The translations under genes were made by a program, and so were the position numbers. From Adineta vaga (lineage: Eukaryota > Animalia > Rotifera), in assembly GCA_021613535.1 (NCBI GenBank), contig CP075495.1, positions 11,532,001-11,596,000 of the forward strand: a DNA stretch of 64,000 bases, read 5' to 3'. Shown here one piece after another: positions 29,787-42,237 of this stretch (positions are counted from its first letter, which is position 1; each line of letters opens with the position of its first letter). The notes beneath the pieces were generated by a model. The model saw nothing but the letters and a program-made list of their open reading frames with translations. It was not told the origin of the DNA and did no database searches.

Positions 29787-30974
29787 GGCCTAAAAATATA
29801 TGATCTAGAATATCAATTCATTTCAAGTAAAGAACATTTAACGAATGACCCATGCTTCCGTTCGAACGTTAGATTTTCTCCTGTTCTCTCATTAGCAATG
29901 CTGTGCTGTCACTCTTCTCTTTTCTCTCTCTCTCTCCCTCTCTCCCTCTCTCTCAAATGTCCAACGTATCATTAACACAGTATTAGACTTCATTGAATGA
30001 TTGATTCGTGCCGAGTGAGAGAGCGAAAGAGAAAAGAAAAAAAACGAATCTGAATTCTATATATAGAAGGCTAATTGTACTAACTAGGAAAAAAAAAGAA
30101 AGGCCACGCCTCTCGAGAAAAGCTGAAGGCGGAAATGAAAAGTTTCAGATAATGAACTAGTGCTAAAATGTTTTATTGATTTACTCGAATTTCGCAAAAA
30201 GAAAATATAGAAAAATTCAATAGCCGCTGGGCAAAATCTCTTACTGTTACTTACTGTTATTCTTGGTGTATGCATACTGAATGAGAGAGTGATGAAGTAG
30301 CTGTATTTATATATGTTCATAAACAATTTCATCCAACTGTTGCCGTCTTTTGTTTTTATTAACTGTCGCATGTTAGATGATGCATTTCGATAGTTCTTTC
30401 CTTTCTTTCTCGGAATAGATCAGAAAAAATGATAGATCAAGTATTTGAACACTTATGTTTATTGTGGTGACAGCTTGTCTTTGCTCTTCCCTTCAAAGAT
30501 TTCTAACACTTACTCTTCAATCTTGTCCAATCATATGTCGAAAGTGAGATACAGACAATGTGTCAACTGACAACTGTTGTTTATTCTGTACATCATCATC
30601 ATCAACATCATCATCGTTTTCTTCTGTTATTCTGTTGATTTAACCGACCGATCATTTCCAAGTGCTACTTGCATGTGTCGATCGTGTGAGAAGATATTGA
30701 TCTATGTATTCGATTGCATCAAACAGCGGAAATATGAACCTTCGAATCAATGAATTTAGTATACTTCCTCAATAACGTTCTTTTTTTTTATCACTTTGAT
30801 CAAATCGTTTTATATCCGATAGATCGAAAAAAAACGATTAATAATTCGATCTGTTTATCTATAAAGATCATTTAGATTTGAAATAAGACATGTTTAATTC
30901 AGTTTAAATTGTAAAAGTCTCATTATCGACATTTCGTTTTCTTTTTAATTAATAGCTAGCAGAAAAAAACGCAG

Positions 30975-31511
30975 CTTGTTATCCTACTGTGTAGATTTCT
31001 GCCTTTTTCTATCACTAATTCTACAAAAATATTTTCTTGCGATTGAAGAACAATACAAAATCTTTTATATGTCAATTATTTCTTGCCGAAATATAATTTC
31101 CACCTGTTATTCATATAATTATTTGCTTTGATCATTAACAAAACGAAGAATAGAACAAACCGAAAAACAAACATAGATTATCGTTCTATAGAAACGAATT
31201 GACTTTTTTTCTATGAAATTAAGATGTCTTTAACAAATTGACAAGAAGATAATGAAATGACTTGAGATTTGTTTTTTGAAGTATAACTAAACAGATGGGT
31301 GATTTTCATCAATCAATCTATCTATCTATTTCGTTGCTATTGGTTCGAAAGATTTTTCTTCACCAATAAGAGAAAGAAATGAAATTGTTCATCATAATTG
31401 GTTGCGATGGTAATTGTTTTTCAAAATTTGTTTCATCTTATAAATCAATCATCTCTCTCTTGTTTTTATTCATATCGAAATCAACGAAAGTCATCATGAT
31501 CTTTAAAATCT
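30975..31511 (+). repeat. Left copy of a direct repeat (duplicated MARCH promoter/5'UTR plus first 5 codons)
   Basis: Near-identical to 49252-49667 apart from two extra segments (27 and 95 bp); identity stops after ATGATCTTTAAAATCT. Confidence 0.95.
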
Positions 31512-32029
31512 CTTCGTCTTTCGCCAAATGTCTATGATAAAGTCAAAACTAGCCGAATGAATCGGATGTCTTCCTCGCCAACACGACTTCAATTTGATTG
31601 ATGTATGTGTGAATTCAAGGTACTATTACTCTTTTATCGAAACAAGCAAAAATTGATTGCAGGAAAAATATACGATACATAAAAGAATCATACACTCTGA
31701 AAGAATACAGATTTGACCGAATTTGAAGTAGACGAAGATTCTCTGAGGTTTTGTATCAATTTGCTGACTCAAAAAGATTCGGTAGAGTGTAGAACAATTA
31801 TATGGAAAGAGAAACAAAGAGAAGGACGGAAAGGAAACAACAAAATAACTGACATTAGCCTTGCACCAGCAAATGACAATTGCTATAGAAAGAATTCCTA
31901 TAGTACAGTAATCGTAGAGAAAAACCTAAATTGAACCGATAGATGGACGAATTATCTGAGAAAGACAGCTGGAGAAGAGGAAGTCTTGAGATAGAGATGC
32001 GAGTACATTAACAATAATGATAAAAAAAC

Positions 32030-32485
32030 TCAATCATCCAGCGGACACAGAGGATATTTATGTTTTTCGCATATTGTCTGTTTTCGTAGTTGTTCGATAA
32101 ATATGTGTTGTTGACGTTCGATAAAATTAATTATTGATGTTAAATTATTACGTGCAATACTTTCATCCATACATTCAATGTATTCTGATCTTTTTTTTCT
32201 CTCAACAATCATCGGCAATAAATGATAATTCATGAGTATTTTGCTAGATAACAAACGCCCCATACGACCATTGCCATCAACAAATGGATGAATTCGTATA
32301 AATTCTGCATGAAACCATGCAGCTAATACAATTGGATCGATATGTTCGTTTTGGTATTGTTTTATTAAGGATAATAATAAGTAACGCTCATCCGTAGGAT
32401 TCGCTAACCCCTTTCTGAAAGAATTATAACGATGATTAACGCGTCTATATTCTTTAAAAAAAACTCTCTTAAAGAGAAGAAACAC
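32030..32485 (-). CDS. Fic/DOC domain protein (probably a 3' exon or 5'-truncated gene)
   Basis: Canonical Fic motif HPFVDGNGRMGR preceded by PIVLAAWFHAEFIRI and EYRRVN; no clean ATG-initiated upstream exon found. Confidence 0.8.
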   Translation of the reverse strand: MFLLFKRVFFKEYRRVNHRYNSFRKGLANPTDERYLLLSLIKQYQNEHIDPIVLAAWFHAEFIRIHPFVDGNGRMGRLLSSKILMNYHLLPMIVERKKRSEYIECMDESIARNNLTSIINFIERQQHIFIEQLRKQTICEKHKYPLCPLDD

Positions 32486-32559
32486 TCGTCAAAATTTCTT
32501 TTCTTGATTTTATGTTTTCATTTTGTTCAGCATCATTGAAAACCTCGATATCCACATTT

Positions 32560-33190
32560 TTAGCGCATCTGGTTGAACGAATAAAAAATATGCCCCGAAA
32601 TCGAGATTTATTTAGACTCTACACGCTTTATGAAATTATTCGTTTAAAATACTGAAAGATACAGCATCGAAAACTGAACAAACTTCTCTATTTAGATATT
32701 ATCTTTCTGTGGACCGATCGGTACTAGTCGAACATTAAAAATACGTAAATTTGATAAATATAATGATATTAATTGTTTCCATCTATTGGCTTTAATACAT
32801 CTAATATCTGATGTGACGAATAAAATTTTCATAGAAGGAAAACGATTGATAAAAAATTGTTCAAAAATATCAACTGCTTCGGACTTCGATTTAAAAGATG
32901 CATATGTCAAATTAATCAATAATATGTCATATGAATTTCGTTGTATAGGACTATATCGAAGTAATAAATTTGCTGATAAATAACGAAATTATGGAGCACA
33001 CGACAATAAACAAATCAATTGATTACAATATATTGAATTATCAGCGATTAAATATTCGATTGAGCTATATGAGAAAGTCATAATGTATTGTGTATATTTC
33101 GGAAAGTATAGAGGCGATTGATCTCAAATTGTGTCGACGGAAAATAATATGAAAGTGTTCCACAATAGATTTTTAATGTTGAAAAAAATC
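32560..33190 (-). pseudogene. Degraded LRR/F-box-associated-type coding fragment upstream of the Fic domain
   Basis: Frame reads ...FPSMKILFV...IKANRWKQLISLYLSNLRIFN..., a pattern recalled from rotifer F-box/LRR proteins, interrupted by stops. Confidence 0.4.
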
Positions 33191-35247
33191 TGAAATAAAA
33201 CATAGTTTCTCATAATATTAATGTAAGATACGATCAAATGAGAATTAAATAAATGAATAGACAACATTATTCTATAGAAGAATAAAATAATAGGAATCTA
33301 TCGAATGACGATAATGAGAAGGATATATCACATGATGCTTTAAACAAATATTATCTTCAAACAGAATGATCATAAAAGATTAGAACATTTATGATAATTA
33401 AAGGGAGATAGAGCTACTCTAATAAATTACTGCTTATGTCTATGAATAAGAAAAAATGAGTGGAAATATAGATGAGATTTACGAAACGTTAGTTTTTAAT
33501 TTTGTTCTCATTTCGTAAGTCGCTAAATATGGAAATTTGTATCTCTTTCGCTATGAAAATGGAAAAGAAAAACTTCTTCTACACAAGACATCAACATTAT
33601 TGTCTGTTTTTCTTTGAATCTAAAACAATGAAAAAAAGAACGAACAATCATATGCTCTATAATTTTGGTCAAATGTATATCTTTTCTGATAGAAGAGAAA
33701 GTTTTTATCTGAAAACATCAAATATTAAAAAATAAAGAAAAAGTATTCATTACGTTTTTTGTATGGACTCAATAGTTATTTGTCTAATTATGATAATGTA
33801 TAATCTCGGTTTACAATCGATTATTTTAAAATTTACAAGCTCGTCTTTCGAATGACGCTTGAGAATGTTTCCATTTTTATCTTGGTTATGATCCAAAACT
33901 CATTTGAACTTTCATTGTTTGGATGCTGTGAAATTGTTCAAACGTTATAGATGACTATTCTGTAAATTCGATATTTTTTGCAAATATATTTAGAACATTT
34001 CAATCAAAATTGATCAAATCAATTCAGACAAAGTTTATCATTAATTATGCCAGCTCTTTTCGACTAATGCTAAATATTATTTGTTAATTCATGTCAGAAA
34101 TAAAATAATCCTATCTTTGTTAAAATACCAATGTTATATGAAAGAAAATTTCCATTTAGTGTAAATATATCAATTATATACTTCCTCAATATATTCATAG
34201 CCAAAAAGTCAGTGATCAATATGTCATTGGTTCAATGGAAAACCTGTGATAATATATGCGTCGATGATATATTTTAAAAGAATGTTCATGACAATCGATA
34301 GATTTAGAACGGCAGTTAACATCGATTTCTCAAACAAAACAAAATCGACCTATTCGACAAAGAAATTGTTATGGATATACATTCAACAACTCAATGTTCA
34401 TTCTCATGTGTAGTTATTTGAATGCACTGCATGAAAAACTTCAATAGATCTAGTATAGTCGATTTCATTGTGTTTACAAATGCATCTCGCCGCATTTATT
34501 AGTTGAGCCTGAGATGGAAACTTTTCTCTAAGAAGTTTCTATTTTATGTTGATAGATGTACGAATACAAAACATCTTTCTATCATTAGACATCCAAGGTC
34601 ACATCCAAGAAGCATCTGAATGAAGTTGTGAAACTCGTCATCCATTTTATCTTGATGTCAACCCCAACTCTCTAGCGTTCCAAACACAGTAAAGATTTGC
34701 AACGCCCTAAGACATTAAACTCAACCTTATTACGAGAAATATTCAAAATAAAGTCCACAAGTATATTGTGCAACTTTTTCAAGTACAACATAATGTTTGA
34801 GAAAACTTTTCCCAATAGTTTCCAAAAGATCAACGCTGGGAATCAGTGCAGCAGACACATTAAAAGACTTATACGACGCGCCGACGGTTGTCCTTCTTCT
34901 TCTTCTTCACACCAATTGCATTGTTCAAAATTTTTGATAAGATATTCTCTTAAGAGTCGACAATTTCAGAAGATACGATATGATACCCATCAAACTTCTC
35001 GCATAACCGATAAACTATAGTGCATTTCAAATCCACGATTTCGCTTTCACGGACATACACAAATAAAAAAATTTACATAAAAACCCATCTCCCACAGTGG
35101 GACATAAAGAGTTTGCAACAAAATGCACTATCACACGTTTACTACGACTTCGAAACACAATGTGTATTTATTTTTCCACCCACGAGTTTGCCCTAAAAAG
35201 CATTCTCGAGAAACAAGCGCTACAAAACAATGTTCCTTGAGCCCAAC

Positions 35248-38200
35248 CTACAATTTCAAACAGTTTCCTAAATGATTTCGGAGATACTTTGCACCTTGAT
35301 CACCGATTTGATTGCCTTCGAGATCTAGTGCGGTGAGTGTCTATAGAGGAGAGAGAGTATCGATCTGTCAGTTAGGTGAAGAATGAATGAATATTACCGT
35401 GTTGGTTCGCAAACCATCACCAATATGACGGGCTCCTTCATCGCTGATTCGATTGTACCCGAGATCTAGTTCAGTCAGTGTCTATGAACGATAGAGAGCA
35501 TGAATGTGTCAGTTAGGTGAAGGCCGAATGAATATTACCGTGTTCGTTCGTAAGCCATCACCAATATGTTCTGCTCCTTGATCACCGATTTGGTTGCGCT
35601 GGAGATTGAGTGTGGTGAGTGTCTATGGACGATAGAGAGCATGAATGTGTCAGTTAGGTGAAGGCCGAATGAATATTACCGTGTTCGTTCGCAAGCCATC
35701 ACCGATATGTCGGGCTCCGTGATGGCCGATTTGATTGTCCCAGAGATTTAGTGTGATGAGTGTCTACAGAGAAGAAAGAACATGCATCAGTCAGTTAGGT
35801 GAAGGGCGAATGAATATTACTGTGTTCGTTCGCAAGCTATCACCAATATGTTCTGCTCCTTGATCGCCGATTCCATTGCTCGCGAGATTGAGTGTGATGA
35901 GTGTCTACAGACGAGAGAAAACATGGATCTGTCAGTTAGGTGAAGAATGAATGAATATTACCGTGTTCGTTCGCAAGGCATCACCAATATGTTGTGCACC
36001 TTGATCACCGATTTGATTGTCCCGGAGAATTTAGTGTCGGTGAGTGTCTATGAACGATAGAGAGCATGAATGTGTCAGTTAGGTGAAGGCCGAATGAATA
36101 TTACCGTGTTCGTTCGCAAGCCATCACCGATATGTCGGGCTCCGTGATGGCCGATTTTGATTGTCCCAGAGATTTAGTGTGATGAGTGTCTACAGAGGAG
36201 AAAGAACATGCATCAGTCAGTTAGGTGAAGGGCGAATGAATATTACTGTGTTCGTTCGCAAGCTATCACCAATATGTTCTGCTCCTTGATCGCCGATTCC
36301 ATTGCTCGCGAGATTGAGTGTGATGAGTGTCTACAGACGAGAGAAAACATGGATCTGTCAGTTAGGTGAAGAATGAATGAATATTACCGTGTTCGTTCGC
36401 AAGGCATCACCAATATGTTGTGCTCCTTGATCACCTATTTGATTGTTGCATAGAATTAGTTCGGTGAGTGTCTATGAACGATAGAGAGTATGAATGTGTC
36501 AGTTAGGTGAAGGGCGAATGAATATTACCGTGTTCGTTCGCAAGCCATCACCAATATGTTCTGCTCCGTGATGGCCGATTTGATTGTCCCAGAGATTTAG
36601 TGTGATGAGTGTCTACAGAGGAGAAAGAAAATGGATCTGTTAGTTAGGTGAAGGCCGAATGAATATTACCCTGTTCGTTCGCAAGCCATCACCTATATGT
36701 CGGGCTCCGTGATGGCCGATTTGATTGTCCCAGAGATTTAGTGTGATGAGTGTCTACAGAGGAGAAAGAACATGCATCAGTCAGTTAGGTGAAGGGCGAA
36801 TGAATATTACTGTGTTCGTTCGCAAGCTATCACCAATATGTTCTGCTCCTTGATCGCCGATTCCATTGCTCGCGAGATTGAGTGTGATGAGTGTCTACAG
36901 ACGAGAGAAAACATGGATCTGTCAGTTAGGTGAAGAATGAATGAATATTACCGTGTTCGTTCGCAAGGCATCACCAATATGTTGTGCTCCTTGATCACCT
37001 ATTTGATTGTTGCATAGAATTAGTTCGGTGAGTGTCTATGAACGATAGAGAGTATGAATGTGTCAGTTAGGTGAAGGGCGAATGAATATTACCGTGTTCG
37101 TTCGCAAGCCATCACCAATATGTTCTGCTCCGTGATGGCCGATTTGATTGTCCCAGAGATTTAGTGTGATGAGTGTCTACAGAGGAGAAAGAAAATGGAT
37201 CTGTTAGTTAGGTGAAGGCCGAATGAATATTACCCTGTTCGTTCGCAAGCCATCACCTATATGTCGGGCTCCGTGATGGCCGATTTGATTGTCCCAGAGA
37301 TTTAGTGTGATGAGTGTCTACAGAGGAGAAAGAAAATGGATCTGTTAGTTAGGTGAAGGCCGAATGAATATTACCCTGTTCGTTCGCAAGCCATCACCTA
37401 TATGTCGGGCTCCGTGATGGCCGATTTGATTGTCCCAGAGATTTAGTGTGATGAGTGTCTACAGAGGAGAAAGAACATGGGTCTGTTAGTTAGGTGAAGG
37501 CCGAATGAATATTACCGTGTTCATTCGCAAGGCATCACCAATATGTTGGGCTCCTTGATCACCTATTTGATTGTCCCAGAGATCTAGTGTGATGAGTGTC
37601 TACAGAGGAGAAAGAACATGCATCAGTCAGTTATGAGAAGGCCGAATGAATATTACCGTGTTCGTTCGCAAGGCATCACCAATATGTTCTGCTCCTTGAT
37701 CGCCGATTCCATTGCTCGCGAGATTGAGTGTGATGAGTGTCTACAGACGAGACAAAACATGGATCTGTCAGTTAGGTGAAGGGCGAATGAATATTACCGT
37801 GTTCGTTCGCAAGGCATCACCAATATGTTCTGCTCCTTGATCACCGATTTGATTGTTGCATAGAATTAGTTCGGTGAGTGTCTATGAACGATAGAGAGTA
37901 TGAATGTGAGTTAGGTGAGGAGTGAATGAATATTACCGTGTTTGTTCGCAAGGCATCACCAATATGTTGGGCTCCTTGATCACCGATTTGATTCTCCCAG
38001 AGATTTAGTGTGAAGAGTGTCTACACAGGAGAAAGAACATGGGTCTGTCAGTTAGGTGAAGGGCGAATGAATATTACCGTGTTCGTTCGCAAGGCATCAC
38101 CAATATGTTGTGCTCCTTGATCACCGATTTGATTGTTGCATAGAATTAGTTCGGTGAGTGTCTATGAACGATAGAGAGTATGAATGTGAGTTAGGTGAGG

Positions 38201-38582
38201 AGTGAATGAATATTACCGTATTTGTTCGCAAGGCATCACCAATATGTTGTGCTCCTTGATCACCGATTTGATTCTCCCAGAGATTTAGTGTGAAGAGTGT
38301 CTACACAGGAGAAAGAACATGGGTCTGTCAGTTAGGTGAAGGGCGAATGAATATTACCGTGTTCGTTCGCAAGGCATCACCGATATCCTGTGCTCCTTGA
38401 TCACCGATTTGATTGTTGCATAGAATTAGTGTGGTGAGTGTCTACAGAGGAGAGAAAACATGGATCTGTCAGTTAGGTGAGGAGTGAATGAATATTACCG
38501 TGTTTGTTCGCAAGGCATCAGCAATATGTTGTGCCTGTTGATCACTGATTTGATTTCTCTCGAGATTGAGTTGGGTAAGCGT
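35248..38582 (-). repeat. Tandem array of ~141-bp units (84-nt LRR exon + ~57-nt intron), 24 units
   Basis: Units start at 35398, 35539, 35680, 35821 ... 38358, 38499; each intron reads GTAATATTCATTC..CACCTAACTGAC..TAG on the minus strand. Confidence 0.97.
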
Positions 38583-39809
38583 CTATGTATAGAATATACT
38601 TTTCGAGAATGTGGGAAAGCAATCGGAACTTTTGGGGGTGCAACAAATCCTAGTGAAGATTTGGATTTGGCACCCAAATCCGAAGATTTGGGTGTGGATA
38701 AGGATTTGTTTGATAGAATTTGGATTTGGGTTTGGATTTGTTTGATAGAATTTGGATTTGTTTGATAGAATTTGGATTTGGGTTTGGATTTGTTTTGAGA
38801 ATTTGGATTTAGCTTTGGATTTGGATTGGGAATTTAAACTTGTCTAATAGCAAAGCCACATGATTTGGAGACGAATGAGAACCAAATAAAACCCAAACCC
38901 AAATCCAAACTAAAATCCAAAGTGATAAAACAAATCTAAACCAAATCCAAATCTGACAAGACAAATCGAAACCCAGATCCAAATCTGACAAACCAAATCC
39001 AAAGCTTTGGGTTTGTTGCACCCCTAGGAACTTTAAAGTAATGTTTTTCAAATAGATATAGCTCTGTACAAGAGGTGTGACGGTAATGTATGTGAAAGAG
39101 TTCGGAAAGTGTCCGATCGGGTGTGGGTGGGATGAAAAGAAAAATCGTTGTTTGTCTGATTATTACTAAGTTAAGGTTCGAATCGTCGAATGAGTAGAGT
39201 GAGTACTGTACTGAAGGTAGTTATATATTTTTTTATTTCGAATGTTTTTCTATTGTTATGTTTAGATTTGGTTTGCGAGAGATCGTATTGAGTCGGGGCA
39301 CAATATAAAACAGTTCACTTTATTCTATTCGGTAGTTTTCAAAGATAGTTGTTGCATTGTTCAAGAGTGGCAATAGAGACATTTGTTTGAAACGGGAAAG
39401 GTGTTTTATAATTCTTCTGTTTTATTCTTGTGCGACACATGAGTGCACATATAATGAGATATATATTCCATGGGCATGGATGGAAAAGAACAGGTGAGAG
39501 GAAGGGTTGTTTTAATAGCATAAGTCAATGTTTTGTTTGGTTGACTCGTAAAAATTGCTTCGGAATTGTGAAATTTGTGTTTTTTTTGAGTAAACTGATT
39601 AAGTTAGATATTGCGAGGCTCATGTGTGCTTGAACAGACGAAAAAATAGGTAAAGCACTTTGCAAACTTACTTGATATCGATGGTAAATGTTCAGAATTT
39701 GATTAAAACGTTGGCAAACATTTTGCATTGAACAAAATAGTGTAAAACCAGACAGATGATCCAAAATTCGATAGACGAGTTCAATCGGTAATGTTGAAAA
39801 TGTGTGCAT
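35248..39809 (-). CDS. F-box protein with 24 ribonuclease-inhibitor/NLR-type 28-aa LRRs, one per exon
   Basis: Exon 1 39809-39672 MHTFSTLPIELVYRILDHL...CSMQNVCQRFNQIL (F-box); 23 internal exons of ~84 nt TLxxLxLxxNxIGDQGAxHIGDALRTNT; terminal exon 35340-35248. Two exons (35962, 36105) carry +2/+1 indels. Confidence 0.85.
38633..39026. mobile_element. Non-autonomous hAT-type MITE in intron 1 of the F-box/LRR gene
   Basis: TIRs T(G/A)GGGGTGCAACAAA...TTTGTTGCACCCCTA; perfect 8-bp target duplication GGAACTTT (38625-38632, 39027-39034); inverted subterminal GGATTT/AAATCC arrays. Confidence 0.92.
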
Positions 39810-41026
39810 ATTCGCTTTAAATTCCACAAAAGTTTGTTGAGAATACAAGTTATTCAATATATTTTGTTTGTTATGAGAAGAAATTCGCTTTATTGATAGT
39901 ATTGTATTTGTGTTATTCGAAAAACATAATGAAATCTGACGATTTCAACAGAAGCGAATAGTTAGTTTATGCAGAAAGATGGCGTTAATGTATTTGTTGA
40001 GATGGAGTTTCGTCTGCCGTGTATGATTATGAGTGTCAGTATATTCTCAAGATACGTATTTTTCATTAGTAATTTCTGAGTTTCACAATAGAGTTCATTT
40101 TAATAAAGGATATTTTTACAGGTCATGTTCAACAAAAGTTCAATCAGAAAAGGAAATCTTTGAGGGTAGATATCGATAGTCTTTTCTTTTCACGTCCGCG
40201 CTTCACACACTCATAAACTAATTACATTCTATTAGTTCGACGTAATTCAACTTTCATCTCAAATATGTCTCTCCATAAAGATCTTAACAAGAGAATAATT
40301 GATTTAAAGAAAATAAAGCCGGTTCATCTTATCGTGATCTACGAGATAAATTTAATCTATGAACAATTGGTGGTGTATCAAATATTCTCAAAAGCAAAAG
40401 AGAACACATGAAATTATAGTCTAAGTTCGAGTCTGACTCTCACTAAGTTAACTGAGACTGCTGCATGTCTATGCGATTGTATCTTTAAGATGTTTTTATA
40501 TGATTCGCTCATTCTCCTACGTTTTTCATTGATTCCAATGGTGTTCAAATTAGACAGGTTTTACTGTATTTTATTTTTCTCAAACCTGATACTGGTTCGG
40601 TTCTATCTCTGTGTTCATTTATTGAATTGTCATTTCTATAATGATCAATAGCTTCTATTTTAATATTACTAAACGTTTAATGATGTTATCAATAAATAAC
40701 GACCGACTGATTGTAATCTCATATTATATCTATCGAAAGCGCGAATCTAGCTCGCACTTTAGGGTATAGCAATATTTTTATGTTACGCAGCCTTTAACTT
40801 TTGACCCTTGATCTTTCACATGGACTCCACCTATCATCGTACCCTTATTCTACTCTCGATTTCCAATGTTTAAGAAAGTCTCGAAGAAAATGGTTTTTCG
40901 ACCTTATTGATACTGATACCAAAGCGCACAGAAACTTTTTTTCGTATGACCCCCTTTCAGTGAAAGGAATAAGGTGTGGATGCAAGTGTTCCTTGACAGA
41001 GTACCCACATACATACATCCACACAA

Positions 41027-41189
41027 AGGGAAAAGGCTGATCCTGGATTCTCATAGATCCTGAGATCCTACAATTCATGATGATCCATGAGAACTCATGA
41101 GTATCTTTCAGGATCCACGAGAGTCAGCCTTTTTGAGATGCTAGGATCTACGAGAATCTATGGGGATCCAGGATTCGCTCTTTTTCCCT
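41027..41189. mobile_element. MITE-like inverted-repeat element nested in an ACCCAC-rich element remnant
   Basis: Left AGGGAAAAGGCTGATCCTGGATTCTCATAGAT vs reverse complement of right end AGGGAAAAAGAGCGAATCCTGGATCCCCATAGAT; internal GATCC/CATGAG motifs; no clear TSD. Confidence 0.6.
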
Positions 41190-41771
41190 TGCATACCCAT
41201 ACCTACACCCACCCACACCCACCCTAAATATTTCTTCTTCGTTCTATCTCTCTCCTTCTCTCTTTTTCTCTCATCTTCTTCTCTTGTTCTTTCTTCGTCT
41301 CCCTTTTTGACTCTACTTTCACTACTCGAATTGCTTGAATATCTTTATCCGAACCTTATGGTAACGAGTACTCGCTCAGATGCCTTTCATTACACAATGT
41401 GTATTTTTGAACTCTCAATGTATCATTAAGGTATATAGATAGGTTGGAGTAATCAATTGTCCAATTCGGTTGATGATTTGTTTTTGAGCTCAGAGACTGA
41501 TATTTTACCATATGAAACTCATTGAATTTGTTATCAACTGGCACAGAATAAAAGCCTGCATCGAACAGAATCATTTAAAAAGAAATTACAAATATTCGAG
41601 TGGATGCAGAGAGAAAAAAGCTTTCAGCGCAATCCCTTGTGGGATTAAAAATGTGAAACACGATAAATCTGTTTCTATTTTTGCAACCGAGATCTCTGAT
41701 CGATAATTGTTCTGCGTTTACATTATTGCCAAAATCTGAGTTATCTGTAATAATTTTCATAGATAAATGAA

Positions 41772-41869
41772 TAGAGGGTGTAAGTGAATGAAGGTGAGTG
41801 TGGGTAAGCTTAAAGTGTAAATAAGCTACCCTCAACCGCACCCACACCCACCCCCACCCCACACCCTTC
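41772..41869. mobile_element. Short degenerate MITE-like remnant (GGGTG/CACCC inverted motifs)
   Basis: GAGGGGTGT...GTGTGGGT on the left and ACCCACACCC...ACACCCTT on the right. Confidence 0.35.
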
Positions 41870-42237
41870 GAAAGTATTTATTGATTCTAATTAGAATCTT
41901 TATTACTAATCGAAATGGTTCACACATTCGCCAAGCACCAGGTGAAACAGTGAGAACTGACATTTCCAACTGCTGTTAGAAGTTTGCACTGAGGAAGTAA
42001 GTACGATGAAGTTCATGCGACCTCTCGATCGTGACAAAATGGAAGGAACAATATAATAGTCTTTCGACAAAATTACGTGACTGAATATCGTTCGACTAGT
42101 AGCATGATGTTCCGTCAATAGCGTGTTCCAACTTCAATAAGAATATTTTATTTCATTTATTGACTAAGATGTTTAATTTAAACAGCTCTATAGATAGACA
42201 AAGACACAATATGCAGTCACAACTAAATAATGAAATA

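Noticed and set aside
33500-35100. Possible decayed coding sequence inside the island, including ORF 34697-35020
   Set aside because: All frames are broken and no family could be recognised.
35248-38582. 141-bp array as a CRISPR array or satellite
   Set aside because: There are no unique spacers or cas genes; units are GT-AG introns plus in-frame LRR exons in a eukaryotic gene.
38660-39010. GGATTT/AAATCC runs as telomeric repeats, and ORFs 38484-38765 and 38809-39051
   Set aside because: The runs lie between TIRs with an 8-bp TSD, so they are MITE subterminal repeats; the ORFs are by-products.
40545-40568. TTAGACAGGTTTTACTGTA resembling a Tc1/pogo-type terminal repeat
   Set aside because: No partner end was found in the window.
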